Source: Yuukianura sp. NJ FZ-2021 (Eukaryota). From it: DNA of 38,924 bases. Made by a program: the position numbers and the translations under genes. The stretch covers positions 1,302,001-1,340,924 of the forward strand of contig JAJCTO010000009.1 of NCBI GenBank assembly GCA_046563655.1, read 5' to 3'. Shown here in pieces: positions 1 to 11,400 of this stretch. Every line of letters starts with the position of its first letter. The stretch's first letter is position 1. Under the pieces are notes generated by a model. It was not told the DNA's origin. It saw nothing but the letters and a program-made list of their open reading frames with translations, and did no database searches.

Positions 1-3000
1 CACTTTGACATCATAAAATATGATAACTCACACGTCGATGGAACTTCTGGGAAAAACCGACCCTTACATTTTCTAAATCAAAAATGAACATTCAGTATTT
101 TTGGCCATTTCTGGATACAATTTTTGGAAAATACTTTTTTATATTTCCTACCAACTTGCACATTAAATAGATCATGGCTGAAAACTTCTGCCCAACAATA
201 GTCCGAAATTGTATTTTAGCCCAGCTCCACGATATCACAAGTGCATAAGTCTAACTACGATTTAGGTTAAACTTAGGGTTGAAACTATACAACAAGGTGT
301 TAAACGTTGTGAAAAATGGATCTTATGCCTTGTTACCGCTCATACCAAAATTCTTGGTATTCATCAAATAACGGTCCACTTCGTCGTAATGCATAACTGA
401 CTAAATCACACGTTGAAAAACATGTTGTCAGCGTCCATCCTTGAGCTCAAACTAGAAGTGCCGGTGAAGTGTCAAGCATGCCTTCACTTCAGATGCAACC
501 CATGAGTTTTAACTTTGACATCATAAATCATGATAACTCACACGTCGATGGAACTTCTGGGAAAAACCGACCCTTACATTTTCTAAATCAAAAATGAACA
601 TTCAGCATTTTTGGCCATTTCTGGATACAATTTTTGGAAAATACTTTTTTATATTTCCTACCAACTTGCACATTAAATAGATCATGGCTGAAAACTTCTG
701 CCCAACAATAGTCCGAAATTGTATTTTAGCCCAGCTCCACGATATCACAAGTGCATAAGTCTAACTACGATTTAGGTTAAACTTAGGGTTGAAACTATAC
801 AACAAGGTGTTAAACGTTGTGAAAAATGGATCTTATGCCTTGTTACCGCTCATACCAAAATTCTTGGTATTCATCAAATAACGGTCCACTTCGTCGTAAT
901 GCATAACTGACTAAATCACACGTTGAAAAACATGTTGTCAGCGTCCATCCTTGAGCTCAAACTAGAAGTGCCTGTGAAGTGTCAAGCATGCCTTCACTTC
1001 AGATGCAACCCATGAGTTTTCACTTTGACATCATAAATCATGATAACTCACACGTCGATGGAACTTCTGGGAAAAACCGACCCTTACATTTTCTAAATCA
1101 AAAATGAACATTCAGCATTTTTGGCCATTTCTGGATACAATTTTTGGAAAATACTTTTTTATATTTCCTACCAACTTGCACATTAAATAGATCATGGCTG
1201 AAAACTTCTGCCCAACAATAGTCCGAAATTGTATTTTAGCCCAGCTCCACCATATCACAAGTGCATAAGTCTAACTACGATTTAGGTTAAACTTAGGGTT
1301 GAAACTATACAACAACGTGTCAAACGTTGTGAAAAATGGAATTTATGCCTTGTTACCGCTCATACCAAAATTCTTGGTATTCATCAAATAACGGTCCACT
1401 TCGTCGTAATGCATAACTGACTAAATCACACGTTGAAAAACATGTTGTCAGCGTCCATCCTTGAGCTCAAACTAGAAGTGCCGGTGAAGTGTCAAGCATG
1501 CCTTCACTTCAGATGCAACCCATGAGTTTTCACTTTGACATCATAAAATATGATAACTCACACGTCGATGGAACTTCTGGGAAAAACCGACCCTTACATT
1601 TTCTAAATCAAAAATGAACATTCAGTATTTTTGGCCATTTCTGGATACAATTTTTGGAAAATACTTTTTTATATTTCCTACCAACTTGCACATTAAATAG
1701 ATCATGGCTGAAAACTTCTGCCCAACAATAGTCCGAAATTGTATTTTAGCCCAGCTCCACGATATCACAAGTGCATAAGTCTAACTACGATTTAGGTTAA
1801 ACTTAGGGTTGAAACTATACAACAAGGTGTTAAACGTTGTGAAAAATGGATCTTATGCCTTGTTACCGCTCATACCAAAATTCTTGGTATTCATCAAATA
1901 ACGGTCCACTTCGTCGTAATGCATAACTGACTAAATCACACGTTGAAAAACATGTTGTCAGCGTCCATCCTTGAGCTCAAACTAGAAGTGCCGGTGAAGT
2001 GTCAAGCATGCCTTCACTTCAGATGCAACCCATGAGTTTTCACTTTGACATCATAAATCATGATAACTCACACGTCGATGGAACTTCTGGGAAAAACCGA
2101 CCCTTACATTTTCTAAATCAAAAATGAACATTCAGCATTTTTGGCCATTTCTGGATACAATTTTTGGAAAATACTTTTTTATATTTCCTACCAACTTGCA
2201 CATTAAATAGATCATGGCTGAAAACTTCTGCCCAACAATAGTCCGAAATTGTATTTTAGCCCAGCTCCACGATATCACAAGTGCATAAGTCTAACTACGA
2301 TTTAGGTTAAACTTAGGGTTGAAACTATACAACAAGGTGTTAAACGTTGTGAAAAATGGATCTTATGCCTTGTTACCGCTCATACCAAAATTCTTGGTAT
2401 TCATCAAATAACGGTCCACTTCGTCGTAATGCATAACTGACTAAATCACACGTTGAAAAACATGTTGTCAGCGTCCATCCTTGAGCTCAAACTAGAAGTG
2501 CCGGTGAAGTGTCAAGCATGCCTTCACTTCAGATGCAACCCATGAGTTTTAACTTTGACATCATAAATCATGATAACTCACACGTCGATGGAACTTCTGG
2601 GAAAAACCGACCCTTACATTTTCTAAATCAAAAATGAACATTCAGCATTTTTGGCCATTTCTGGATACAATTTTTGGAAAATACTTTTTTATATTTCCTA
2701 CCAACTTGCACATTAAATAGATCATGGCTGAAAACTTCTGCCCAACAATAGTCCGAAATTGTATTTTAGCCCAGCTCCACGATATCACAAGTGCATAAGT
2801 CTAACTACGATTTAGGTTAAACTTAGGGTTGAAACTATACAACAAGGTGTTAAACGTTGTGAAAAATGGATCTTATGCCTTGTTACCGCTCATACCAAAA
2901 TTCTTGGTATTCATCAAATAACGGTCCACTTCGTCGTAATGCATAACTGACTAAATCACACGTTGAAAAACATGTTGTCAGCGTCCATCCTTGAGCTCAA

Positions 3001-6000
3001 ACTAGAAGTGCCTGTGAAGTGTCAAGCATGCCTTCACTTCAGATGCAACCCATGAGTTTTCACTTTGACATCATAAATCATGATAACTCACACGTCGATG
3101 GAACTTCTGGGAAAAACCGACCCTTACATTTTCTAAATCAAAAATGAACATTCAGCATTTTTGGCCATTTCTGGATACAATTTTTGGAAAATACTCCTTT
3201 ATATTTCCTACCAACTTGCACATTAAATAGATCATGGCTGAAAACTTCTGCCCAACAATAGTCCGAAATTGTATTTTAGCCCAGCTCCACCATATCACAA
3301 GTGCATAAGTCTAACTACGATTTAGGTTAAACTTAGGGTTGAAACTATACAACAACGTGTCAAACGTTGTGAAAAATGGAATTTATGCCTTGTTACCGCT
3401 CATACCAAAATTCTTGGTATTCATCAAATAACGGTCCACTTCGTCGTAATGCATAACTGACTAAATCACACGTTGAAAAACATGTTGTCAGCGTCCATCC
3501 TTGAGCTCAAACTAGAAGTGCCGGTGAAGTGTCAAGCATGCCTTCACTTCAGATGCAACCCATGAGTTTTCACTTTGACATCATAAAATATGATAACTCA
3601 CACGTCGATGGAACTTCTGGGAAAAACCGACCCTTACATTTTCTAAATCAAAAATGAACATTCAGTATTTTTGGCCATTTCTGGATACAATTTTTGGAAA
3701 ATACTTTTTTATATTTCCTACCAACTTGCACATTAAATAGATCATGGCTGAAAACTTCTGCCCAACAATAGTCCGAAATTGTATTTTAGCCCAGCTCCAC
3801 GATATCACAAGTGCATAAGTCTAACTACGATTTAGGTTAAACTTAGGGTTGAAACTATACAACAAGGTGTTAAACGTTGTGAAAAATGGATCTTATGCCT
3901 TGTTACCGCTCATACCAAAATTCTTGGTATTCATCAAATAACGGTCCACTTCGTCGTAATGCATAACTGACTAAATCACACGTTGAAAAACATGTTGTCA
4001 GCGTCCATCCTTGAGCTCAAACTAGAAGTGCCGGTGAAGTGTCAAGCATGCCTTCACTTCAGATGCAACCCATGAGTTTTCACTTTGACATCATAAATCA
4101 TGATAACTCACACGTCGATGGAACTTCTGGGAAAAACCGACCCTTACATTTTCTAAATCAAAAATGAACATTCAGCATTTTTGGCCATTTCTGGATACAA
4201 TTTTTGGAAAATATTTTTTATATTTCCTACCAACTTGCACATTAAATAGATCATGGCTGAAAACTTCTGCCCAACAATAGTCCGAAATTGTATTTTAGCC
4301 CAGCTCCACGATATCACAAGTGCATAAGTCTAACTACGATTTAGGTTAAACTTAGGGTTGAAACTATACAACAAGGTGTTAAACGTTGTGAAAAATGGAT
4401 CTTATGCCTTGTTACCGCTCATACCAAAATTCTTGGTATTCATCAAATAACGGTCCACTTCGTCGTAATGCATAACTGACTAAATCACACGTTGAAAAAC
4501 ATGTTGTCAGCGTCCATCCTTGAGCTCAAACTAGAAGTGCCTGTGAAGTGTCAAGCATGCCTTCACTTCAGATGCAACCCATGAGTTTTCACTTTGACAT
4601 CATAAATCATGATAACTCACACGTCGATGGAACTTCTGGGAAAAGCAGACTATTACATTTTCTAAATCAAAATTGAACATTCGGCATTTTTGGCCATTTT
4701 TGGATGAAATTTTTGGAAAATACTTTTTTATATTTCCTACCGCCTTGCCTTGCACATTAATTAGATCATGTCTGAAAACTTCTGCCCAACAATAGTCCGA
4801 AATTGTATTTTAGCCCAGCTCCACCATACCACAAGTGCATAAGTCTAACTACGATTTAGGTTAAACTTAGGGTTGAAACTATACAACAAGGTGTTAAACG
4901 TTGTGAAAAATGGAACTTATGCCTTTTTACCGCTCATACCAAAATTCTTGGTATTCATCAAATAACGGTCCACTTCGTCGTAGTGCATAACTGACTAAAT
5001 TACACGTTGAAAAACATGTTGTCAGCCTCCATCCTTGAGCTTAAACTAGAAGTGCCGGTAAAGTGTCAAGCATGCCTTCACTTTAGATGCAAACGATGAG
5101 TTCTCACTTTGACACCATGAATCATGACAACTCACACTTCAATCGAACTTCAGTGAAAAACAGACTATTACATTTTCTAAATCAAAATTGAACATTCGGC
5201 ATTTTTGGCCATTTTTGGATGAAATTTTTGGAAAATACTTTTTTATATTTCCTACCGCCTTGCCTTGCACATTAATTAGATCATGTCTGAAAACTTCTGC
5301 CCAACAATAGTCCGAAATTGTATTTTAGCACAGCTCCACCATACCATAAGTGCATAAGTCTAACTACGATTTAGGTTTAACTTAGGGTTGAAACTATACA
5401 ACAAGGTGTTAAACGTTCTGAAAAATGGAATTTATGCCTTTTTGCCGCTCATACCAAAATTCTTGGTATTCATCAAATAACGGTCCACTTCGTCGTAATG
5501 CATAACTGACTAAATCACACGTTGAAAAACATGTTGTCAGCGTCCATCCTTGAGCTCAAACTAGAAGTGCCGGTGAAGTGTCAAGCATGCCTTCACTTCA
5601 GATGCAACCCATGAGTTTTCACTTTGACATCATAAATCATGATAACTCACACGTCGATGGAACTTCTGGGAAAAACCGACCCTTACATTTTCTAAATCAA
5701 AAATGAACATTCAGCATTTTTGGCCATTTCTGGATACAATTTTTGGAAAATACTTTTTTATATTTCCTACCAACTTGCACATTAAATAGATCATGTCTGA
5801 AAACTTCTGCCCAACAATAGTCCGAAATTGTATTTTAGCCCAGCTCCACCATATCACAAGTGCATAAGTCTAACTACGATTTAGGTTAAACTTAGGGTTG
5901 AAACTATACAACAACGTGTCAAACGTTGTGAAAAATGGAATTTATGCCTTGTTACCGCTCATACCAAAATTCTTGGTATTCATCAAATAACGGTCCACTT

Positions 6001-7260
6001 CGTCGTAATGGATAACTGACCAAATCACACGTTGAAAAACATGTTGTCAGCGTCCATCCTTGAGCTCAAACTAGAAGTGCCGGTAAAGTGTCAAGCATGC
6101 CTTCACTTCAGATGCAACCCATGAGTTTTCACTTTGACATCATAAAATATGATAACTCACACGCGATGGAACTTCTGGAAAAAACCGACCCTTACATTTT
6201 CTAAATCAAAAATGAACATTCAGTATTTTTGGCCATTTCTGGATACAATTTTTGGAAAATAATTTTTTATATTTCCTACCAACTTGCACATTAAATAGAT
6301 CATGGCTGAAAACTTCTGCCCAACAATAGTCCGAAATTGTATTTTAGCCCAGCTCCACGATATCACAAGTGCATAAGTCTAACTACGATTTAGGTTAATC
6401 TTAGGGTTGAAACTATACAACAAGGTGTTAAACGTTGTGAAAAATGGATCTTATGCCTTGTTACCGCTCATACCAAAATTCTTGGTATTCATCAAATAAC
6501 GGTCCACTTCGTCGTAATGCATAACTGACTAAATCACACGTTGAAAAACATGTTGTCAGCGTCCATCCTTGAGCTCAAACTAGAAGTGCCGGTGAAGTGT
6601 CAAGCATGCCTTCACTTCAGATGCAACCCATGAGTTTTCACTTTGACATCATAAATCATGATAACTCACACGTCGATGGAACTTCTGGGAAAAACCGACC
6701 CTTACATTTTCTAAATCAAAAATGAACATTCAGCATTTTTGGCCATTTCTGGATACAATTTTTGGAAAATACTTTTTTATATTTCCTACCAACTTGCACA
6801 TTAAATAGATCATGGCTGAAAACTTCTGCCCAACAATAGTCCGAAATTGTATTTTAGCCCAGCTCCACGATATCACAAGTGCATAAGTCTAACTACGATT
6901 TAGGTTAAACTTAGGGTTGAAACTATACAACAAGGTGTTAAACGTTGTGAAAAATGGATCTTATGCCTTGTTACCGCTCATACCAAAATTCTTGGTATTC
7001 ATCAAATAACGGTCCACTTCGTCGTAATGCATAACTGACTAAATCACACGTTGAAAAACATGTTGTCAGCGTCCATCCTTGAGCTCAAACTAGAAGTGCC
7101 TGTGAAGTGTCAAGCATGCCTTCACTTCAGATGCAACCCATGAGTTTTCACTTTGACATCATAAATCATGATAACTCACACTTCAATCGAACTTCAGGGA
7201 AAAACCGACTATTACATTTTCTAAATCAAAATTGAACATTCAGCATTTTTGGCCATTTTT
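1..7260. repeat. Satellite A, 510-bp tandem monomer, mostly subtype I (~14.2 copies; array runs off the left edge)
   Basis: (c/a)actttgaca recurs at 1, 511, 1021, 1531, 2041, 2551, 3061, 3571, 4081, 4590, 5105, 5620, 6130, 6639 and 7149. Monomers are near-identical. Subtype I markers are gcaacccatgagttttc, cacgtcgatggaacttctggg and cccttac. Confidence 0.98.
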
Positions 7261-7303
7261 AGTCTTCTGGAGACGCACGTCTACGACGTGCTGAAGAAGA
7301 CTA
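7260..7303 (+). other. 5' terminal nested hairpin of HINE copy 1 (subTIR plus partial inverted copy)
   Basis: tagtcttct (7260-7268) pairs with agaagacta (7295-7303), enclosing gcacgtc-tac-gacgtgc (7275-7291). Confidence 0.9.
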
Positions 7304-7704
7304 TTGATACGACTTTGTCCGTCTGTCTGTCACATTTTTTAGTACCCTTTCCACTGAAACATAAGCCCCATCGCAGTCAGGGGGTCATGTATGGCTCAAC
7401 TGTTTTCAGTACGTCTACGTTGCACTCAAAGTGTTATATTAACAACGTACATGTTAGCGGCTACTTTACGTATCCGCAGTATCGTGGCTCGCCGAAATTT
7501 TTTGGTTTCGATTACACTCAAAATTTATTTAAACAACGAAATTTTGATCTGGTCATTTTGTGACAGTTACTTTAATTACGTTGTTAAATTAAGCCTAGTT
7601 AGAGGGTAGAAAACCTGGCTTAAATTCATAATATGTAAACAGTGCTTGGCAGGGTTCCAGGCTGCATTCACAAGAAATTTTTATAATTTTGAATTTAAAC
7701 AAGC

Positions 7705-7870
7705 GATATTCGATGCCTCACCCTCAACGTTCGATTTTGTGCATGACGCACACTTATGACTACAAGCGATCCATAAAGGTTGAGTTGTGCATTTAGGTGA
7801 ACCGATTTTGATTTTAAGGAAACGATATTCGACCGCATCTCTCAACGTTCGATTTTGTGCACACTTATAA
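7705..7870 (+). repeat. Degenerate internal (central) repeat of the HINE, ~118-bp spacing
   Basis: cgatattcga..ctcaacgttcgattttgtgca..cacttat occurs at ~7705 and ~7823. Homologous pairs occur on the minus strand in copy 2 (~17601, ~17759) and copy 3 (~18725, ~18841). Confidence 0.75.
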
Positions 7871-8214
7871 ATAGATGTACATAAATGTCGTATTGCGCAG
7901 TTATTTTGACGCTGGGTAAAAGGGACGTTGTTATTTCAAAATTTGTGCATACCAGAGTACAATTTGTAACACAGTTTTGAAGAGGGCGAAAACTGTTCAG
8001 AGCTAAATTTGAACACTTTTTTTTTTATGCAAAAGGTTTTTTTCAATTTTTGTTAAAAACGTTTTCAGACGCTTCTTGACCATCTTTGTGCAATTTGTGC
8101 ACAAGAATCCCCTACATCCGCACTGAAAATTGTGAACGACGTTTCGGTGCTGAAATTTCGTGAAAACGGTTTTTCATATATTTTTTTTTAACGCCTTTGC
8201 GGCCGACCGGTCTA

Positions 8215-8244
8215 TTGTTTGTTTGTTTGTTTGTTTGTTTGTTT
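8215..8244. repeat. (GTTT)n microsatellite, ~7 units
   Basis: ttgtttgtttgtttgtttgtttgtttgttt read directly. Confidence 0.95.
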
Positions 8245-8373
8245 ATTACTGCAAGTACCCTGCATGCAGGCAATTACACTTTTGAGTTTGAGTTAAGTTA
8301 AGAAAGGATGTGTACTTTAGTTAATTGGTAGGTCAATGAAAACAATTATTGAAAAATATGAGACAATTTAGAA
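8216..8373 (-). mobile_element. 158-bp insertion in HINE copy 1, probably the 5'-truncated 3' end of a non-LTR retrotransposon or SINE with an (AAAC)n tail
   Basis: Absent from copies 2 and 3 (copy 2 reads ccggtctaaatgtcgtat across the site). Flanked by a TCTAT duplication (8211-8215, 8374-8378). The minus strand ends tgtaattgcctgcatgcagggtacttgcagtAATAAAcaaacaaac... Confidence 0.6.
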
Positions 8374-8399
8374 TCTATGTCGTATGAATTGTCAACTCC

Positions 8400-8443
8400 C
8401 TCCAGAAGACCTATGCTCAACCCTTGAGCATCGCCCTACCTTG
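8400..8443 (+). other. 3' subTIR and terminal stem-loop of HINE copy 1
   Basis: ctccagaagac (8400-8410), then an 8-bp stem with a 3-nt loop (8413-8431), then cgccctaccttg followed by TT. Confidence 0.9.
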
Positions 8444-11400
8444 TTGGATAAAATTTTTGGAAAATACTTTTTTATATTTTCTACCGACTTGCACATTAAA
8501 TAGATCATGTCTGAAAACTTCTGCCCAACAATAGTCCGAAATTGTATTTTAGCACAGCTCCACCATACCACATGTGCATAAGTCTAACTACGATTTAGGT
8601 TTAACTTAGGGTTGAAACTATACAACAAGGTGTCAAACGTTGTGAAAAATGGAACTTATGCCTTGTTACCGCTCATACCAAAATTCTTGGTATTCATCAA
8701 ATAACGGTCCACTTCGTCGTAGTGCATAACTGACTAAATCACACGTTGAAAAACATGTTGTCAGCGTCCATCCTTGAGCTTAAACTAGAAGTGCCGGTAA
8801 AGTGTCATGCATGCCTTCACTTTAGATGCAAACGATGAGTTCTCATTTTGACACCATGAATCATCATGGCAACTCAGGTTTAACTTAGGGTTGAAACTAT
8901 ACAACAAGGTGTTAAACGTTGTGAAAAATGGAACTTATGCCTTTTTACCGCTTATACAAAAATTCTTGGTATTCATCAAATAACGGTCCACTTCGTCGTA
9001 GTGCATAACTGACTAAATCACACGTTGAAAAACATGTTGTCAGCCTCCATCCTTGAGCTTAAACTAGAAGTGCCGGTAAAGTGTCAAGCATGCCTTCACT
9101 TTAGATGCAAACGATGAGTTCTCATTTTGACACCATGAATCATGACAACTCACACTTCAATCGAACTTCAGGGAAAAACCGACTATTACATTTTCTAAAT
9201 CAAAATTGAACATTCAGCATTTTTGGCCATTTTTGGATAAAATTTTTGGAAAATACTTTTTTATATTTTCCTACCGACTTGCACATTAAATAGATCATGT
9301 CTGAAAACTTCTGCCCAACAATAGTCCGAAATTGTATTTTAGCACAGCTCCACCATACCACATGTGCATAAGTCTAACTACGATTTAGGTTTAACTTAGG
9401 GTTGAAACTATACAACATGGTGTCAAACGTTGTGAAAAATGAAACTTATGCCTTGTTACCGCTCATACCAAAATTTTTGGTATTCATCAAATAACGGTCC
9501 ACTTCGTCGTAATGCATAACTGACTAAATCACACGTTGAAAAACATGTTGTCAGCGTCCATCCTTGAGCTTAAACTAGAAGTGCCGGTAAAGTGTCATGC
9601 ATGCCTTCACTTTAGATGCAAACGATGAGTTCTCATTTTGACACCATGAATCATGACAACTCAGGTTTAACTTAGGATTGAAACTATACAACAAGGTGTT
9701 AAACGTTGTGAAAAATGGAACTTATGCCTTTTTACCGCTTATACCAAAATTCTTGGTATTCATCAAATAACGGTCCACTTCGTCGTAGTGCACAACTGAC
9801 TAAATCACACGTTGAAAAACATGTTGTCAGCGTCCATCCTTGAGCTTAAACTAGAAGTGCCGGTAAAGTGTCAAGCATGCCTTCACTTCAGATGCAAACC
9901 CATGAGTTTTCATTTTGACATCATGAATCATGACAACTCACACTTCAATCGAACTTCAGGGAAAAACCGACTATTACATTTTCTAAATCAAAATTGAACA
10001 TTCAGCATTTTTGGCCATTTTTGGATAAAATTTTTGGAAAATACTTTTTTATATTTTCTACCGACTTGCACATTAAATAGATCATGTCTGAAAACTTCTG
10101 CCCAACAATAGTCCGAAATTGTATTTTAGCACAGCTAAACCATACCACATGTGCATAAGTCTAACTACGATTTAGGTTTAACTTAGGGTTGAAACTATAC
10201 AACAAGGTGTCAAACGTTGTGAAAAATGGAACTTATGCCTTGTTACCGCTCATACCAAAATTCTTGGTATTCATCAAATAACGGTCCACTTCGTCGTAAT
10301 GCATAACTGACTAAATCACACGTTGAAAAACATGTTGTCAGCGTCCATCCTTGAGCTTAAACTAGAAGTGCCGGTAAAGTGTCATGCATGCCTTCACTTT
10401 AGATGCAAACGATGAGTTCTCATTTTGACACCATGAATCATCATGACAACTCAGGTTTAACTTAGGGTTGAAACTATACAACAAGGTGTTAAACGTTGTG
10501 AAAAATGGAACTTATGCCTTTTTACCGCTTATACAAAAATTCTTGGTATTCATCAAATAACGTTCCACTTCGTCGTAGTGCACAACTGACTAAATCACAC
10601 GTTGAAAAACATGTTGTCAGCCTCCATCCTTGAGCTTAAACTAGAAGTGCCGGTAAAGTGTCAAGCATGCCTTCACTTTAGATGCAAACGATGAGTTCTC
10701 ATTTTGACACCATGAATCATGACAACTCACACTTCAATCGAACTTCAGGGAAAAACCGACTATTACATTTTCTAAATCAAAATTGAACATTCAGCATTTT
10801 TGGCCATTTTTGGATAAAATTTTTGGAAAATACTTTTTTATATTTCCTACCGACTTGCACATTAAATAGATCATGTCTGAAAACTTCTGCCCAACAATAG
10901 TCCGAAATTGTATTTTAGCACAGCTCCACCATACCACATGTGCATAAGTCTAACTACGATTTAGGTTTAACTTAGGGTTGAAACTATACAACAAGGTGTT
11001 AAACGTTGTGAAAAATGGAACTTATGCCTTGTTACCGCTCATACCAAAATTCTTGGTATTCATCAAATAACGGTCCACTTCGTCGTAATGCATAACTGAC
11101 TAAATCACACGTTGAAAAACATGTTGTCAGCGTCCATCCTTGAGCTTAAACTAGAAGTGCCGGTAAAGTGTCATGCATGCCTTCACTTTAGATGCAAACG
11201 ATGAGTTCTCATTTTGACACCATGAATCATGACAACTCAGGTTTAACTTAGGATTGAAACTATACAACAAGGTGTTAAACGTTGTGAAAAATGGAACTTA
11301 TGCCTTTTTACCGCTTATACAAAAATTCTTGGTATTCATCAAATAACGTTCCACTTCGTCGTAGTGCACAACTGACTAAATCACACGTTGAAAAACATGT

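Larger units (their letters stand above)
7259..8443 (+). mobile_element. Non-autonomous Helentron-associated element (HINE / DINE-1-like), copy 1, ~1.18 kb
   Basis: subTIR gtcttctggag (7262-7272) pairs with ctccagaagac (8400-8410). It has a 5' hairpin (7260-7303), GTCY microsatellite (7317-7331), two ~118-bp internal repeats and a 3' stem-loop atgctcaa-ccc-ttgagcat (8413-8431). It is inserted in the satellite T-run ggccattttt|ggata, and satellite phase resumes exactly afterwards. No coding capacity. The family assignment rests on architecture, not a database match. Confidence 0.85.

Noticed and set aside
262..278. Telomere-like TTAGG/TTAGGG motifs in SatA, and TCAGG at the short-monomer junction
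   Set aside because: They are isolated pentamers or hexamers with no tandem run, as expected by chance.
7705..7870. Origin of SatA, SatB or SatC from the HINE central repeats
   Set aside because: This is known for DINE-1-like elements, but by eye I see no convincing similarity between these internal repeats and any of the three monomers. A sensitive alignment would be needed.
8413..8431. Rho-independent terminator
   Set aside because: The context is eukaryotic repeat DNA with no upstream gene. It is better explained as the element's 3' stem-loop.
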